The notes under the pieces are model-generated. The model was not told the DNA's origin, searched no databases, and was given only the letters and a program-made list of their open reading frames with translations. Shown one piece after another: positions 63,856-64,000 of a stretch of 64,000 nt of DNA (within the stretch, counting starts at the first letter, position 1; every line of letters starts with the position of its first letter). The stretch covers positions 6,572,001 to 6,636,000 of the forward strand of contig CM059452.1 of NCBI GenBank assembly GCA_030390025.1. Direction: 5' to 3'. This DNA is from Squalus acanthias. Taxonomy: Eukaryota. Both the position numbers and the translations under genes were made by a program.

Positions 63856-64000
63856 CTATATATATGTATATATATTATCCAGGTAGATGAGTGAAAGTCT
63901 TTCATAGAGGTAACCAGGCTGCTGACTGAGAGACAGATGGACAGCGGCCTGTCTGGGCCTCGGTCGCTTGTTCTCCCTGAGCAGGGGGACCAGTTTGTAT

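Overview
Eukaryotic genomic DNA from a cartilaginous fish (shark-type IgM sequence, Deu-domain and HE1-like SINEs, abundant CR1 LINEs). The window is part of a T-cell receptor alpha/delta (TRA/TRD) V-segment array with about 17 V genes, pseudogenes or fragments in both orientations, most complete ones followed by a 22-24 bp-spacer RSS. Embedded in this array (29.5-48 kb, + strand) is a complete and apparently intact IgM heavy-chain cluster: leader, VH, D, D, JH, Cmu1-4 with secretory tail, TM1 and TM2. Its variable region is already half-recombined in the genomic sequence as VD-DJ, leaving only one 22/12 RSS pair. A 171-N assembly gap (27610-27780) separates the left TCR V block from the IgM cluster, but the IgM cluster is contiguous with the right TCR V block. 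The rest is LINE/SINE debris, including a young nested CR1 with an 872-aa ORF, plus several minisatellites. Family names and motif calls come from reading the sequence, not from database searches.
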